Source: an uncultured candidate division Zixibacteria bacterium (GTDB taxonomy: Bacteria; Zixibacteria; MSB-5A5; GN15; PGXB01). From it: 64,000 nt of DNA. Under the pieces are notes generated by a model, which saw only the letters and a list, made by a program, of their open reading frames with translations, did not search any database and had not been told where the DNA came from. Positions 30,165-40,677 of this stretch are shown in pieces. A program made the position numbers and the translations under genes. The stretch is taken from positions 3,392,001-3,456,000 of the forward strand of contig OY969724.1 of assembly GCA_963702205.1 (NCBI GenBank). Reading direction: 5' to 3'. Each line of letters begins with the position of its first letter. Positions within the stretch are counted from its first letter, which is position 1.

Positions 30165-32144
30165 TTATTCTTGCGGAGGGAATGATTTGTCTTTATTTAT
30201 TTCAGTCTGAAAAATCTCATCGGCGGCGTGTTCGTGCCGATACACCGTCTCCGGCATCTTTCCGGTCACCCACGACGGATTCATCGGATAAACGTCGGGA
30301 TTGAAGACGGTCGAATACATATGCCAGATCGCTATCGCCAGAGTCGCCAAAACCGCTTCATAGTAATGGACAATCAGCGATATATCCAAAAAGCCTTTGG
30401 GGAACCAGCGCACGGCAAAATTATCGAACCAGAGGAAAAAACCGGTTATAATCATGATGGCCGTGCCCCAGACCAGCGCCCAGTACTCTGCCTTCTCGAC
30501 ATAGCTGAATTTCCCGAAATCGGGCTTTTTCCTGGATAGTCCGATATTATAAAGATTCATCTGTATGAACTGAGTAAAGTCCTTCTTGAGCGGACGCATG
30601 TCGAACAAAAATCCCCGCCCGCGTTTAGTCGTCAGGTACACGATATGCCAGACTACGGTCAGGATAAACAGCACCGCCGCGACTCGGTGGATAATTCCTC
30701 TTAATGGGAAGCCGCCCTCCCAGCCGAACAGGAAATCCACCCACCATGATTGTGAATATCGGAGGGCAAAACCGGTTATGACCAGAGTGATAAAAGTCAG
30801 CATCAGGAAGGCGTGCTGCCATACTTCGCCCAGCGTCATGCGCCGTACCTGTTTGACTTTCGAAGTATTTTTGATCTTCCGCCACAGATCGAATAGCCAG
30901 TGCACGACCATCAGGCCAATGATAACAAAAATCGCGATGACATAAAGAGTCCGCACGACCTGCGCCGTAGGCGTTCTCGATACACCCGGCGTACCATGAA
31001 TCGGCGCCGTGGCCATCGCCTGCGTGATACCCGGATGGCACCGCCCGCACGTTTCGACCAGATTGCCGGCATAAATCGACGACGTGGAATCGGTATGAGG
31101 CAATATCCGGTGAGCCCCGTGACACGACGAGCAGTTGGCAACCGACAGATCCCCAGCCATGCTCTTCAGACCGTGATAGCTGTCCACCCACGTTTTCAAA
31201 CGCTCGGTCGGAATCCCGTACTTTTCGTTCAGACGAGCCGATTCATGGCAGGGTGCACAGGTGGCCTCAGCTACCCGCGACGGGCTGACCCGCGACTCGG
31301 GGTCCGACGGTGAAATAATGCCGTGTTCACCGTGGCAGTCGGTACACACCGGCGCGTCGGTTTCTCCCCGTTCGACCAGTTTTCCGTGAATCCCTTCCCA
31401 ATAGTCGTTCTCCACGTTTTTATGACACTTGCCGCAGGTGTGCGGAATATTGAAATGGTTGATGGTCGACCCGGAATTGCCGGGACCGAGAATCTTATGA
31501 GCCGTGCCGCCGGTCGAATGGCAATCGTTGCACGAAGCCGCCGTATACACGCCACCCAGAGAAGCCTTGCCGTGGACACTGCTTTTGTATACTTCAACGG
31601 CCTTGCCATACAGAATCTCATGCCGCTTGGTCAGGTTGATATTTTCGTGGCAGTTGCCGCAGGTCTGGGGCAGGTTTACCGGGTTAACCATTGACATTTT
31701 ATTGGTCGGCGGAAGTATATCGTGCGTCCCGTGACAATCGGAGCAGTCGGGAATGTCTTTGTCGGCCCCGACCGCCATCCGGCCGTGATATTTATAATCC
31801 TCGGCGGCCTGGTCGTGACAAATTCCGCAATCGACTTTTTCGAGTGTGTCTTCGTGGGGCAGATCGACTATGTCGGTATGGCAATCGGTGCATTCCATAC
31901 CACTGTGAGCGGATTCCGCGATTAAGGCGTGATAAGTCCTGGTCGTGTCCTTGAGAGTCGTTTCATGGCAGGTCAGACAATCTTCGCTGTCCACCGCCTG
32001 AACGGGCACCGCCATGAGGGCCAATGCCATGATTGCAGCAACACCGACATATATTCTGAAAAGAAATATTTTCGACCTGTCCGGTCGTCCACCGGACAAT
32101 ATTCGCCCCGATCCCTGTATTGCCTGTTTCATAATCGGCTGCAC
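30165..32144 (-). CDS. Multiheme cytochrome c fused to FdnI/HydC-type cytochrome b (CbcL-like)
   Basis: 11 CxxCH motifs counted, then TM helices with His ligands (WQH, IHR, WH, VHYYEA, IWHMY) and EKAEYWALVWG. Exact start uncertain. Confidence 0.9.
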   Translation of the reverse strand: MQPIMKQAIQGSGRILSGGRPDRSKIFLFRIYVGVAAIMALALMAVPVQAVDSEDCLTCHETTLKDTTRTYHALIAESAHSGMECTDCHTDIVDLPHEDTLEKVDCGICHDQAAEDYKYHGRMAVGADKDIPDCSDCHGTHDILPPTNKMSMVNPVNLPQTCGNCHENINLTKRHEILYGKAVEVYKSSVHGKASLGGVYTAASCNDCHSTGGTAHKILGPGNSGSTINHFNIPHTCGKCHKNVENDYWEGIHGKLVERGETDAPVCTDCHGEHGIISPSDPESRVSPSRVAEATCAPCHESARLNEKYGIPTERLKTWVDSYHGLKSMAGDLSVANCSSCHGAHRILPHTDSTSSIYAGNLVETCGRCHPGITQAMATAPIHGTPGVSRTPTAQVVRTLYVIAIFVIIGLMVVHWLFDLWRKIKNTSKVKQVRRMTLGEVWQHAFLMLTFITLVITGFALRYSQSWWVDFLFGWEGGFPLRGIIHRVAAVLFILTVVWHIVYLTTKRGRGFLFDMRPLKKDFTQFIQMNLYNIGLSRKKPDFGKFSYVEKAEYWALVWGTAIMIITGFFLWFDNFAVRWFPKGFLDISLIVHYYEAVLATLAIAIWHMYSTVFNPDVYPMNPSWVTGKMPETVYRHEHAADEIFQTEINKDKSFPPQE

Positions 32145-32165
32145 CTGCTTATTATATAAACTATG

Positions 32166-32534
32166 TTATTGTCTTTGTTTTTTCTTGTGTTTCGTCTTGC
32201 TCATTCTATCCAGCTTGTGAACCATCTCATTGCGCTTTGTAATCCCGTCAACCAGTATGGATCGAATCATCGAACAGACTTCGGGAAGACGCGGGTCGGT
32301 CAGGCTGTAAAATACGGTTTGGCCTTCCTTTCTGGTCTGGACGATATGGTTGTCGCGCAAAATCCGCAGATGCTGGCTGGCGTTAGCGACCGAAATATCG
32401 AGCCCGGAAACCAGCTCCCCGACGCTCCGTTCACCGTCTTTCAGAAGCGCCACTATCATAAGCCTTGTCCTGTGCGCGATAGCCTTGCACAGGTCGGCAT
32501 GAATATCGTATATGCCGGAATCATCTATTTGCAT
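32166..32534 (-). CDS. ArsR/SmtB-family transcriptional regulator
   Basis: CKAIAH.TRL.I..LL, SVGEL, SQHLRILR, RKEGQTVFYSL. Confidence 0.9.
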   Translation of the reverse strand: MQIDDSGIYDIHADLCKAIAHRTRLMIVALLKDGERSVGELVSGLDISVANASQHLRILRDNHIVQTRKEGQTVFYSLTDPRLPEVCSMIRSILVDGITKRNEMVHKLDRMSKTKHKKKQRQ

Positions 32535-32589
32535 ACTTGCACCATTTCGCAACTTCGACAATAATATGTACTATATTTATCGACAGGTC

Positions 32590-32607
32590 AAGTGAAATAT
32601 TTCACAA
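32590..32607. promoter_or_regulatory. Rex-like operator overlapping the -35 box of the arsR-cytochrome operon
   Basis: Minus strand TTGTGAA-ATAT-TTCACTT running into TTGACC. Rex consensus is TTGTGAA-N4-TTCACAA. Confidence 0.7.
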
Positions 32608-32667
32608 TCAATAACAAAATAGATATTTTTATCAAATTTGTCGTGAAATGTCAGGAAAAATAAATAA

Positions 32668-34140
32668 CTATAATTCCATGTACTTACCGTCCAAGTCGGC
32701 CCGGTTAAGCAAATAGGTCTTCAATTCTTCCAGATAATTTACTTTGGTTTCGAGATAGGCTTTTTTGGCGTCGAGAAATTCAATCTGCGATATGCGCCCG
32801 TCGTCAAACCGGGTTTGGGCGATATCAAGACGGTTGCGGGCGAGGTCGATCTGCTTTTTCATGATGTCCAGACGGCGATAACTGACGTCGAGGGTATTGA
32901 TCAAATTCACTATTTCGGCTTTGGCGTCCTGGCGGGTCCGCTCGAATTCCAGTTTGGCCTGCTCGGCCTGAAGATTGGCCGCTTGGACCGCCGCCCCCGA
33001 GGACCCTCCGTCCCAGAGCGGCAACGAAAAATTGAGAGCCACTCCCCACCCTTTGGTATCGATATTCTCGTGGCCGAAATCGGTTTTTATGTAGCCGTTA
33101 CCGCTCGAATAATTGGCGGTCAGATCACCGGTCAAACCATGCCCGGCGGCGCGATAATCGGCCTCTCTCTGAGCCTTTTTATACTGAAGCTCGGCTTTTC
33201 TGGCGGGCAAAGATTTTTCCCAACTATTCAGAAGCAACGACTTTCTCGCATCATCAATATGGCCTTCGACGACCGGCTCCGTCATTTCCTGTTCGGGGGC
33301 GACGTCCTTATCGAGCAAAATGGCCAGTTGACGTTTTATTTCTTCCATCTGGGTTTCAATCTCGAATTTGTCCAGTTCGGCATCGAGGCTGGTCGAAACC
33401 GCCCCCAGATAGTCCTCTTCGGATAATATCTCATCTTCCATTTTGAGCGAATCGATATTCGTTTGCAGGCGGGCCGACTCATAACCCGCTTCCGACATAT
33501 CTTTTTTCACCGATAGTTGAAGAACTCCGAGGTACGCTTCTATGATTTCTTTTTTCAGGGCCGTTTCGTCTTCGATCCTGGTCAGTTTCGCAATCTCAAA
33601 ATCATCCTTCGTGTTGTTCAGTTCATGCTTGGCATCCGATGGCTTCAACAGCGGCTGGGTATAGCTGAATGTGAAAAAGCCCTGCCGCGTTCGCTCATTG
33701 ATGAAAGAACCGTCGTCCAGCTGCGTGTTGGGGTAGCGATCCTTCTGAGCCAGGAGATTGGCGGTAACCCGGACGTCGCCCCCCGTCAGCAGGCTCTGGT
33801 TCAGTTCGATAAAGGAATTAAATCCGAGATCACTCGTTTCAAACAGCTTCTTGACGTTCGAGCCGCCGAAAAAACGGTACGATTCATCGACCGAATAAGA
33901 AGGGACCGAGCCCTTGATCGATATTTCCGGAAGATAGAAATTGATCCGCCTCGCAAAATAGTTTTGTTCGGCTACGTCAAGATTGCCGTTGATCATACCG
34001 CCCCGCGATGTATGGTTCAAACCGATGTCTATCGCTTCGTCGAGCGTCAGCGCCGACGCCCCCGAGAACATCATAAGTACAAGAGCCAATGCTATGGCGG
34101 TTGCACCCGGAAAACGCGATTTATCGATTAAATTCTTCAT
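32668..34140 (-). CDS. TolC-family outer-membrane efflux protein
   Basis: Signal peptide, LTLDEAI, YLPEISI, FSLPLWDGG, long coiled helices; operon with adaptor and permease. Confidence 0.85.
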   Translation of the reverse strand: MKNLIDKSRFPGATAIALALVLMMFSGASALTLDEAIDIGLNHTSRGGMINGNLDVAEQNYFARRINFYLPEISIKGSVPSYSVDESYRFFGGSNVKKLFETSDLGFNSFIELNQSLLTGGDVRVTANLLAQKDRYPNTQLDDGSFINERTRQGFFTFSYTQPLLKPSDAKHELNNTKDDFEIAKLTRIEDETALKKEIIEAYLGVLQLSVKKDMSEAGYESARLQTNIDSLKMEDEILSEEDYLGAVSTSLDAELDKFEIETQMEEIKRQLAILLDKDVAPEQEMTEPVVEGHIDDARKSLLLNSWEKSLPARKAELQYKKAQREADYRAAGHGLTGDLTANYSSGNGYIKTDFGHENIDTKGWGVALNFSLPLWDGGSSGAAVQAANLQAEQAKLEFERTRQDAKAEIVNLINTLDVSYRRLDIMKKQIDLARNRLDIAQTRFDDGRISQIEFLDAKKAYLETKVNYLEELKTYLLNRADLDGKYMEL

Positions 34141-34166
34141 GATCACCTCTATAAAACAGTACTCTT

Positions 34167-35471
34167 TTATTCATAGCGCAGCGATTCGATGACATCGAGC
34201 TGGGCAGCCTTACGCGCCGGGAGCATCCCGAATATGACTCCGACCGCGGTCGAAACGGTTACGGCCAGGACTATCGATGTAATCGACACGATTGTCGGCC
34301 AGCCCGCGTAAAAGGTAATCCCCTTCGAAATCACGAGGCCCAGTAAAATGCCGATAGTGCAGCCGATCATGCATATGGTCACGGCTTCGATCAGAAACTG
34401 CCGCATTATATCCAGCCGTTTGGCTCCGACCGCCCGACGAACCCCGATTTCGCGGGTTCTCTCCAGGACCGACGCGAGCATGATGTTCATGATACCGATA
34501 CCGCCGACCAACAGCGACAGCCCGGCGATAGCCCCCATGACTATATTAAAAATCTGCTGGGTTTTCTGTGACTGCCGCAAAAGCGACTCCGGGACGACGA
34601 TATCGTAATCGTCGACGTTGTTGTGCCGACGCTGCATGATTCGCTCGACCAGCTTGGAGACAGCCGGGACATAATCAAGTTCTGAGACGGTTATCGTCAA
34701 CTGGTCCAGTTCCGGCGTATTGTACTCCTTTTCGCTCCCCGAAAATGACCCGCCGATAATGATCACGGTCCCGCCGAAACTCTGTTGAGCTTCCCGGGGC
34801 AATTTTTTTTGAGCGGTCGTCAACGGGATGTAAACGTCTTCGTTGAGATTTTTCAACTGCAGACCTTCGACCTTTCCCCGGCCGATGTACTTATCGGTCA
34901 TGACGCCGACGACGGTAAAATCGAGGTCGCCGATACGGATGCTTTTCCCGATCGGATTATCGAAGGCGAAAAGTCCGCGCTTAGCCTTGGCTCCGAGGAC
35001 GCACACCTGTGAAAAATCTTTCATGTCCCGGTCGTTTATAAAACGCCCATAGTCCACGTCGACCGATGACGACTGCATGAAATTGGGCGTCGTCGCCACC
35101 ACCCGTACCGGGGCTTCCTGGGTAAAATAGGATACGACCGCAATCGGTTCGTAACGTTGCGGCACGACGTTGGAAATCAGTTCTTTGAAATGGGCGATAT
35201 TGTCCGCATCGGCCATACTCAAACCCGACGAGCGCTGCAGGGAGATATTGGAATTTTCGTTGGTTACCGGGGTTTTGGCGTTGACGATTATATTATTGAT
35301 ACCGAGAATTGAAATCTGTTCGAGCGCTTCCTGCTTGGCGCCTTCACCTATGGAAAGCATCGACACCACCGCCGCCACGCCGATAATGACGCCCAGCATG
35401 GTTAAAAAAGTACGGAGCTTATGAGCGCTCAGAGCTTCGAAAGAGACCCGGAATAAAAACGATTCGTTCAT
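34167..35471 (-). CDS. MacB/FtsX-type ABC permease (no fused ATPase)
   Basis: LRTFLTMLGVIIG, VGGIGIMNIML.SV.ERTREIG.R.AVGA, PARKAA.LD.IESLRYE. Confidence 0.93.
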   Translation of the reverse strand: MNESFLFRVSFEALSAHKLRTFLTMLGVIIGVAAVVSMLSIGEGAKQEALEQISILGINNIIVNAKTPVTNENSNISLQRSSGLSMADADNIAHFKELISNVVPQRYEPIAVVSYFTQEAPVRVVATTPNFMQSSSVDVDYGRFINDRDMKDFSQVCVLGAKAKRGLFAFDNPIGKSIRIGDLDFTVVGVMTDKYIGRGKVEGLQLKNLNEDVYIPLTTAQKKLPREAQQSFGGTVIIIGGSFSGSEKEYNTPELDQLTITVSELDYVPAVSKLVERIMQRRHNNVDDYDIVVPESLLRQSQKTQQIFNIVMGAIAGLSLLVGGIGIMNIMLASVLERTREIGVRRAVGAKRLDIMRQFLIEAVTICMIGCTIGILLGLVISKGITFYAGWPTIVSITSIVLAVTVSTAVGVIFGMLPARKAAQLDVIESLRYE

Positions 35472-36722
35472 CTACCGACGGCCTCTCCGGGGAGAACCGT
35501 TGGATGGAGGCAATTGCCTTCCCTTATTCAGCTCCGGCTCCGAGGCCTTTTCACCGGGCATCCCGGTTTCGTCCAGAGTCGGATCGACCAGACAGACTTT
35601 TTCGCCGCCTTTCAGTCCGGACAATATTTGAATGGACATATCATTGCGCTGACCGACCTCCACCGGCACCATCTTCTCGTTGTCCAGATAAACAACCGCC
35701 TTGCCGTCTTTCTCGAAGACCGATTCGAGCGGCGTGTAGACGACGTCGGGCAGCTTGTTTATTATGATCTTGCACGAGGCCGACATGCCGGGCTTGACAC
35801 TTTCATCGTGATCGTTGATCGCCACGGTAACGTCGAAGACGTTTATCTTGGAGCCCGATTCCTTGCGCCGGGCCAGCGTACTCTTGCTGGTCACCGCCCC
35901 GTGATATTCCTTGTCCGGCTGGGCGTCGAGCGTCACGATGACCGTCTGCCCCGAATCGACGACGCTGGCATCCACCTCGGATACCGTCGCATCCACGACC
36001 ATTTCGGACAAATCCGGAATCTTAATCAATCCTTGTCCGGGCCAGGGCGAATCGCCTTCCTGGACCTTGTCCATCGAGCTGCCTTTCCAGATTTCCAGAT
36101 AAACTACCATACCCGGAAGCGGGGTTTTGATTATGGTCTGCTCGTATTCTTTCTTGGCCTGCTCGACTTTATCTTCGGCGCGCTGCACTTCCAGTTCCGA
36201 CTTGGAGACGTCCGCCTTGTACTGATCCATTTTGGCCTTGATATTCAACTCGGCCAGTTCCAGTTCGATGCGGGCCTCTTCGGCGATTTTGGTTGCCTCA
36301 TATTTTTTTTCATCATAGTTGCGCTGCGCTTTTTTAAGATCCAGATCGAGCTGTTTGCCCTGAATCTCATACTCTTTCTTGGCGCGCTCCAGCGTCTGCC
36401 GGGCAATCTTGAGCGAAGACTCGTTTTCGGCGATATCGGCCAGCTGCTCGGTGGCGTCGAACTTGACGACCGTGTCTCCTTTGGCAACCATCGACCCTTC
36501 GGGTGCCAGCCATGTAATCTGAAGACCCCTCATGCGCGGAGCAGTGATGGTATAAGCGCGCTTGGCGTCGACACTGCCATTGGCAACCAAAGGAATGACA
36601 AACTCCCCTTTTTTGACGATGGCCGTGGGAATCTCCTGTGAGACCGAGAAAAAGGCGTTCACCCCGAAATACCCGCCAAAAATGACAATGACAATTATAC
36701 CGATAGCTATGTACTTTTTCAT
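35472..36722 (-). CDS. MacA/HlyD-type periplasmic adaptor subunit
   Basis: N-terminal TM, lipoyl halves (EGSMVAKGD; TPLPGMV), coiled hairpin, KPGMSA. Confidence 0.9.
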   Translation of the reverse strand: MKKYIAIGIIVIVIFGGYFGVNAFFSVSQEIPTAIVKKGEFVIPLVANGSVDAKRAYTITAPRMRGLQITWLAPEGSMVAKGDTVVKFDATEQLADIAENESSLKIARQTLERAKKEYEIQGKQLDLDLKKAQRNYDEKKYEATKIAEEARIELELAELNIKAKMDQYKADVSKSELEVQRAEDKVEQAKKEYEQTIIKTPLPGMVVYLEIWKGSSMDKVQEGDSPWPGQGLIKIPDLSEMVVDATVSEVDASVVDSGQTVIVTLDAQPDKEYHGAVTSKSTLARRKESGSKINVFDVTVAINDHDESVKPGMSASCKIIINKLPDVVYTPLESVFEKDGKAVVYLDNEKMVPVEVGQRNDMSIQILSGLKGGEKVCLVDPTLDETGMPGEKASEPELNKGRQLPPSNGSPRRGRR

Positions 36723-36853
36723 AATTATATTGCTTTCACTTGTTTAGTCGCAGATTGACATTTCTCCACCCAAATCATAACTGTCTCGAACCCTAATTAT
36801 ATTACTTAATTCCTCGATCTTAGTTGCAATATTTATTGTGCGAAAGCATTTAT

Positions 36854-38200
36854 TCATCCTGAGCCCCTCGATTCGCTTTTTGACGTTACCCCGAATCTTG
36901 CTGCCGCCATAATTATTGTATCGTAGAAGAAAATAAGCCCTGTCCCCACCAGAATCGATTCGGTCGCCAGGGCGGGATAAAATATCCTCGATCCCTGTCC
37001 AAAAGTCACTCCAGATAAAAAAGCGAAATACAATACATTCAACAACAGTATTGCGGCTATCCTTCTATTTTTCCGCCATAAGACCGCAAAGCCGATCAAA
37101 GCCAGGACGATGTAAGCCGGCTCATCATAGCCCCTGTGGATATACTCATCGAAGTCATCGAAGGCCTTTTTCCACGAGGGAATCAGAATATTCTGTAAAC
37201 TCGAAACCGCCGTAACATTGTACAGCACAACCCTGAAATACTGCTTAATGAACAATGCCGGAAATCGTTTAAACGTCGCGAAGATATAGTCAACGCTCTC
37301 CTGTCCATTTTCCCGGTACCGGTTATTTTCGAAATCGTGCAGGGCGGCTCGAAAAACCGAATCCCGGATTACGACCGTACGCTCCGGCTTTTGACGTTCA
37401 CCCTCGACAAGTACTTTGGACGTGAGGTAGGTCTTGGCCGCCAAAAGTCCGGTCGCCGAAATCGTGAAAGTACCATGCTTTTCGTAATTTCGTAAACCCC
37501 ACGACGCTGAAATGGCAATGATTATGGCAGCGAAGACGATTGCGTTGAGAATTGTTCTCTTTTTTTCCGCAAGTCCCTTAAATCCGGTAAGGACAAATGC
37601 GAAGACAATCAATAGCATTGGATATAACATGAACACCGACCTGGTCAAAACCGTCAGCCCGCCGACAACACCCGCCAAAATCACAGGCCGCCAGCGTCTA
37701 TCGGGAAGATATTTAAAAAACAGGTACAGAGTCAGTACCATAAGAAAGAAGAACAGCGTCTCCGAAGCGATCGCATTGGCGAGGGTAATCGAGGTCATCG
37801 ATATCGCCAATAATGACCCCGCCATAAAAGCGATGCACTTATTATCCAAAAGAATCTTCGTAAGTCGAAATATCAGGACACATGAGACGGCACTGAGAAC
37901 TATCTGCAACAGGATTATCGGCCAATATATCGGTCCTATGATTAATTTTGAAAGTCCGAGCAAAAACGGATAGCCCGGCCCGACCAGATACAAATCAATT
38001 TTGCCTTCGGCGTCCCCACCGAACAAATAGTCACCGGCCCGGATGTACTTAATCGGATCTGGGTACTTGTCGGTAAGATGATCGCCGCCGAGATCGCCGA
38101 TCATGGCCATCATAAAAACCAGGCGCAAGGCCAGCGCCACGACGAAGATCGTAATCTCCATGCGGCTGAAATTGAATTTCTTTTCGGTTCGGCGTTTCAT
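36854..38200 (-). CDS. GT-C membrane glycosyltransferase (GT39/ArnT-like)
   Basis: ALALRL, PGYPFLLG, SETLF, LTR; many TM helices. Confidence 0.75.
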   Translation of the reverse strand: MKRRTEKKFNFSRMEITIFVVALALRLVFMMAMIGDLGGDHLTDKYPDPIKYIRAGDYLFGGDAEGKIDLYLVGPGYPFLLGLSKLIIGPIYWPIILLQIVLSAVSCVLIFRLTKILLDNKCIAFMAGSLLAISMTSITLANAIASETLFFFLMVLTLYLFFKYLPDRRWRPVILAGVVGGLTVLTRSVFMLYPMLLIVFAFVLTGFKGLAEKKRTILNAIVFAAIIIAISASWGLRNYEKHGTFTISATGLLAAKTYLTSKVLVEGERQKPERTVVIRDSVFRAALHDFENNRYRENGQESVDYIFATFKRFPALFIKQYFRVVLYNVTAVSSLQNILIPSWKKAFDDFDEYIHRGYDEPAYIVLALIGFAVLWRKNRRIAAILLLNVLYFAFLSGVTFGQGSRIFYPALATESILVGTGLIFFYDTIIMAAARFGVTSKSESRGSG

Positions 38201-38743
38201 CGTCGTTTACTTTCTTGCTCAAAGGCGCCATCGAAGATATGCGGCAGGGCTTCCCGGCGAACCAAAGTCACCAGCGTGATTGCCACAATCATAAAAAAAA
38301 GAAACATGTATTCTTTGGAACCCGTTTCTACCGAACCGAGGTAGGCCGCCAGTGTCCGTTTCGGGACAGTCCCGCTGCCCTCCGCTACCGCCAGCGTATC
38401 GACGACGGTAATCTTGCTGAGAAATTCCGACGACAACCAGGTCCGGCCCGGATGGCCGACTATCTCCCACTCAGTACCGGAAACCTGGTACTGCCCGGCA
38501 ATATACATTCCATTGTCTTTAAACCTCTCCTTCACGACCCGCAAAAACGCCGAAGGGTCCGCCTCCGTACGATGGAATATGTACTGCGAATTAACCCGAT
38601 AATCGAGATTCTTTATTTTATTATAGTCGATATCTTTCCAGACGAAACCCAGAACAGGTACTAAATGACAATACCGCGGCCATAATAATTACGACCGTCC
38701 TCGGCTTACACCTGAATGCTTTTTTATTCGGATTCGATATCAT
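38197..38743 (-). CDS. Hypothetical membrane protein, frameshifted at 38663-38665
   Basis: ATG 38743 gives MISNPNKK...IIMAAVLS. Removing one T from TCA TTT AGTA joins it to the frame LVPVLGFVWKDIDY... that runs to the stop at 38197. Confidence 0.6.
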
Positions 38744-38756
38744 CTTCACAGCCCAC

Positions 38757-40625
38757 CTAATGACTGAAATCGAGCAGCCACGGTTGCCGGCTCTCTATTT
38801 CCCGCGTCAAACGATTGACCGTCACCGTGTCCCCCACTCTATTCGCCAGCTGCCCCAGCCGCCAGCGCGACCGGCAGTCGTCGGGGTCATCCGCAAGCGC
38901 CTGCTCAAAATAATCCTTTGCTAAATTGGCACGGCCGAGACGGTACAGGCATTCCGCCTTGTAATAATTTAAAAATCTGCTTTCATCCGAAGGCAGTGCC
39001 GCAGAGGCATCCAGAATCAAATTTAGTGCCCGCTCATTGTCACCATGAGAAATACTGGTAAGTGCATCATAAAATAGGTTTACAAATCTGGCGTCGGGCA
39101 ATATCTCGTCATCCGTGAAATTAGTGTTATTTCTCTTTAAATAATAATAACTCCATCTTGTACCATTGTCGCGATGAAACCCGGTAACCATGTAATTTTC
39201 GCGAAATGCCGAATGCATAAAGAGCGCCTTCTCTGCTGGCGCTGACGGTTTCATATTAGTCGAGAACATGACTATGTCCGGCTGCTGTTCCAAAATATAG
39301 CTCGAATTGTATCTCCTCTCTTTCCAGGTAGATTCCAGGTCGGAGATATGTTCCGGATGCCGCGCGATGTACTTATCGGTCAGGCCCAGCATATCTATTA
39401 AACGATGGTCCCGCAAATCGTACCCCAGCACACCGATAGTACTGGCCGCGATCGTAAACGAAGGACCCATGTACTGTTTCATCATGCCGGCGGCGAAATG
39501 CATTTTTGACGTAAATGCGCGTTCATTGGCCAGAAACGTATTGACATGCTTTCGGGCCAAAAGGTGGGATGTCACCGCGAATATGATTATCAAAGGAGCC
39601 GCTATTATCCACTTATGTTTCAGCCCCGCATTGAATTGCCGCAGCCCTTTCTCAATTAAGACCGGCACCGAAACAACGAACAGAAAAAACAATACGGGTA
39701 TGACCGGGACGAAAAAGCGATACACTTTAAGAACGTCCCCGCCGATGAATATTATATAGGCCGTGTAAATTACAACGAACAAGTACAACAGCCGGTATTT
39801 GTGCCATAAAGCCGGGGCTGCCAGAGCGACCGGCACCAGAATAAATCCGTACACCCCGACCGTCTTGAAGAAATGCAGAGTATACTCCCAGCCCGATGCA
39901 ACATAACTCAGCCCCAGTCCACTTTTGGCATAAAATGTATTGGGCAATAACGAATCATAGTAGAACAGCTTGAAAGCCGCAAACGGCAGCAACAGCAGTA
40001 CATAAGTCACAACCAGCTCAATCGCGGCCCGTCGCACCGAAATGAGACGATGAATTAGAACAATTGCAAAGACGACTGCCCCGTCGGGACGAAGCAAGGT
40101 CGCCGCTGCAAGAAAAGCTACCGTCAATCGCGGTCTGTACAACTCCGATGCCAGCGCCGCCAGAATCATGAAGGCGTAGGCCGACGTTTCCAGCCCGGAG
40201 ATCGACCAGTACGGTATTGCCGCGCAGGATAACAACATTATAAGTGAGTATACCACCGGCAAAACCGGTTTTTCACGATTATTCCTAGACATTAGAAATG
40301 TCATAAGTATAAACAGTCCTGCCCCGAAAGCTGTACCAAAGATTTGTGCACTCAGGACATAATCAAATCCGAGAAATTTCTTTAAAAGAATAAGCCCCAT
40401 CACCCAGAGGAAATTGGTATACCCCTCGACCCGTTCGCCTTGATTATAAACGAGCCCCTGGCCGTCGATATAGTTGGCGGCGTATCGAAATGAAATATAG
40501 GCGTCGTCCTGAACGAAGCTGTAATGATCGCATAAGGCTATGAAGATGCCGATGGCAGCAATGACAATTGCCGCGAGGATATAAATACGAAATCCGCCCG
40601 GAATTTTGACCGAAGAAATGCGCAT
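38757..40625 (-). CDS. GT-C-like membrane glycosyltransferase with C-terminal TPR
   Basis: QDDAYISFRYA, GERVEGYT, SGLET, LRPDG, LPNTFYAK, IDMLGLTD; TPR-like C-terminus. Confidence 0.75.
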   Translation of the reverse strand: MRISSVKIPGGFRIYILAAIVIAAIGIFIALCDHYSFVQDDAYISFRYAANYIDGQGLVYNQGERVEGYTNFLWVMGLILLKKFLGFDYVLSAQIFGTAFGAGLFILMTFLMSRNNREKPVLPVVYSLIMLLSCAAIPYWSISGLETSAYAFMILAALASELYRPRLTVAFLAAATLLRPDGAVVFAIVLIHRLISVRRAAIELVVTYVLLLLPFAAFKLFYYDSLLPNTFYAKSGLGLSYVASGWEYTLHFFKTVGVYGFILVPVALAAPALWHKYRLLYLFVVIYTAYIIFIGGDVLKVYRFFVPVIPVLFFLFVVSVPVLIEKGLRQFNAGLKHKWIIAAPLIIIFAVTSHLLARKHVNTFLANERAFTSKMHFAAGMMKQYMGPSFTIAASTIGVLGYDLRDHRLIDMLGLTDKYIARHPEHISDLESTWKERRYNSSYILEQQPDIVMFSTNMKPSAPAEKALFMHSAFRENYMVTGFHRDNGTRWSYYYLKRNNTNFTDDEILPDARFVNLFYDALTSISHGDNERALNLILDASAALPSDESRFLNYYKAECLYRLGRANLAKDYFEQALADDPDDCRSRWRLGQLANRVGDTVTVNRLTREIESRQPWLLDFSH

Positions 40626-40677
40626 GGTCCTGCAATTTAATACACAACCCGCCCGCCCTCAAGGGCAAATAGCAAAA

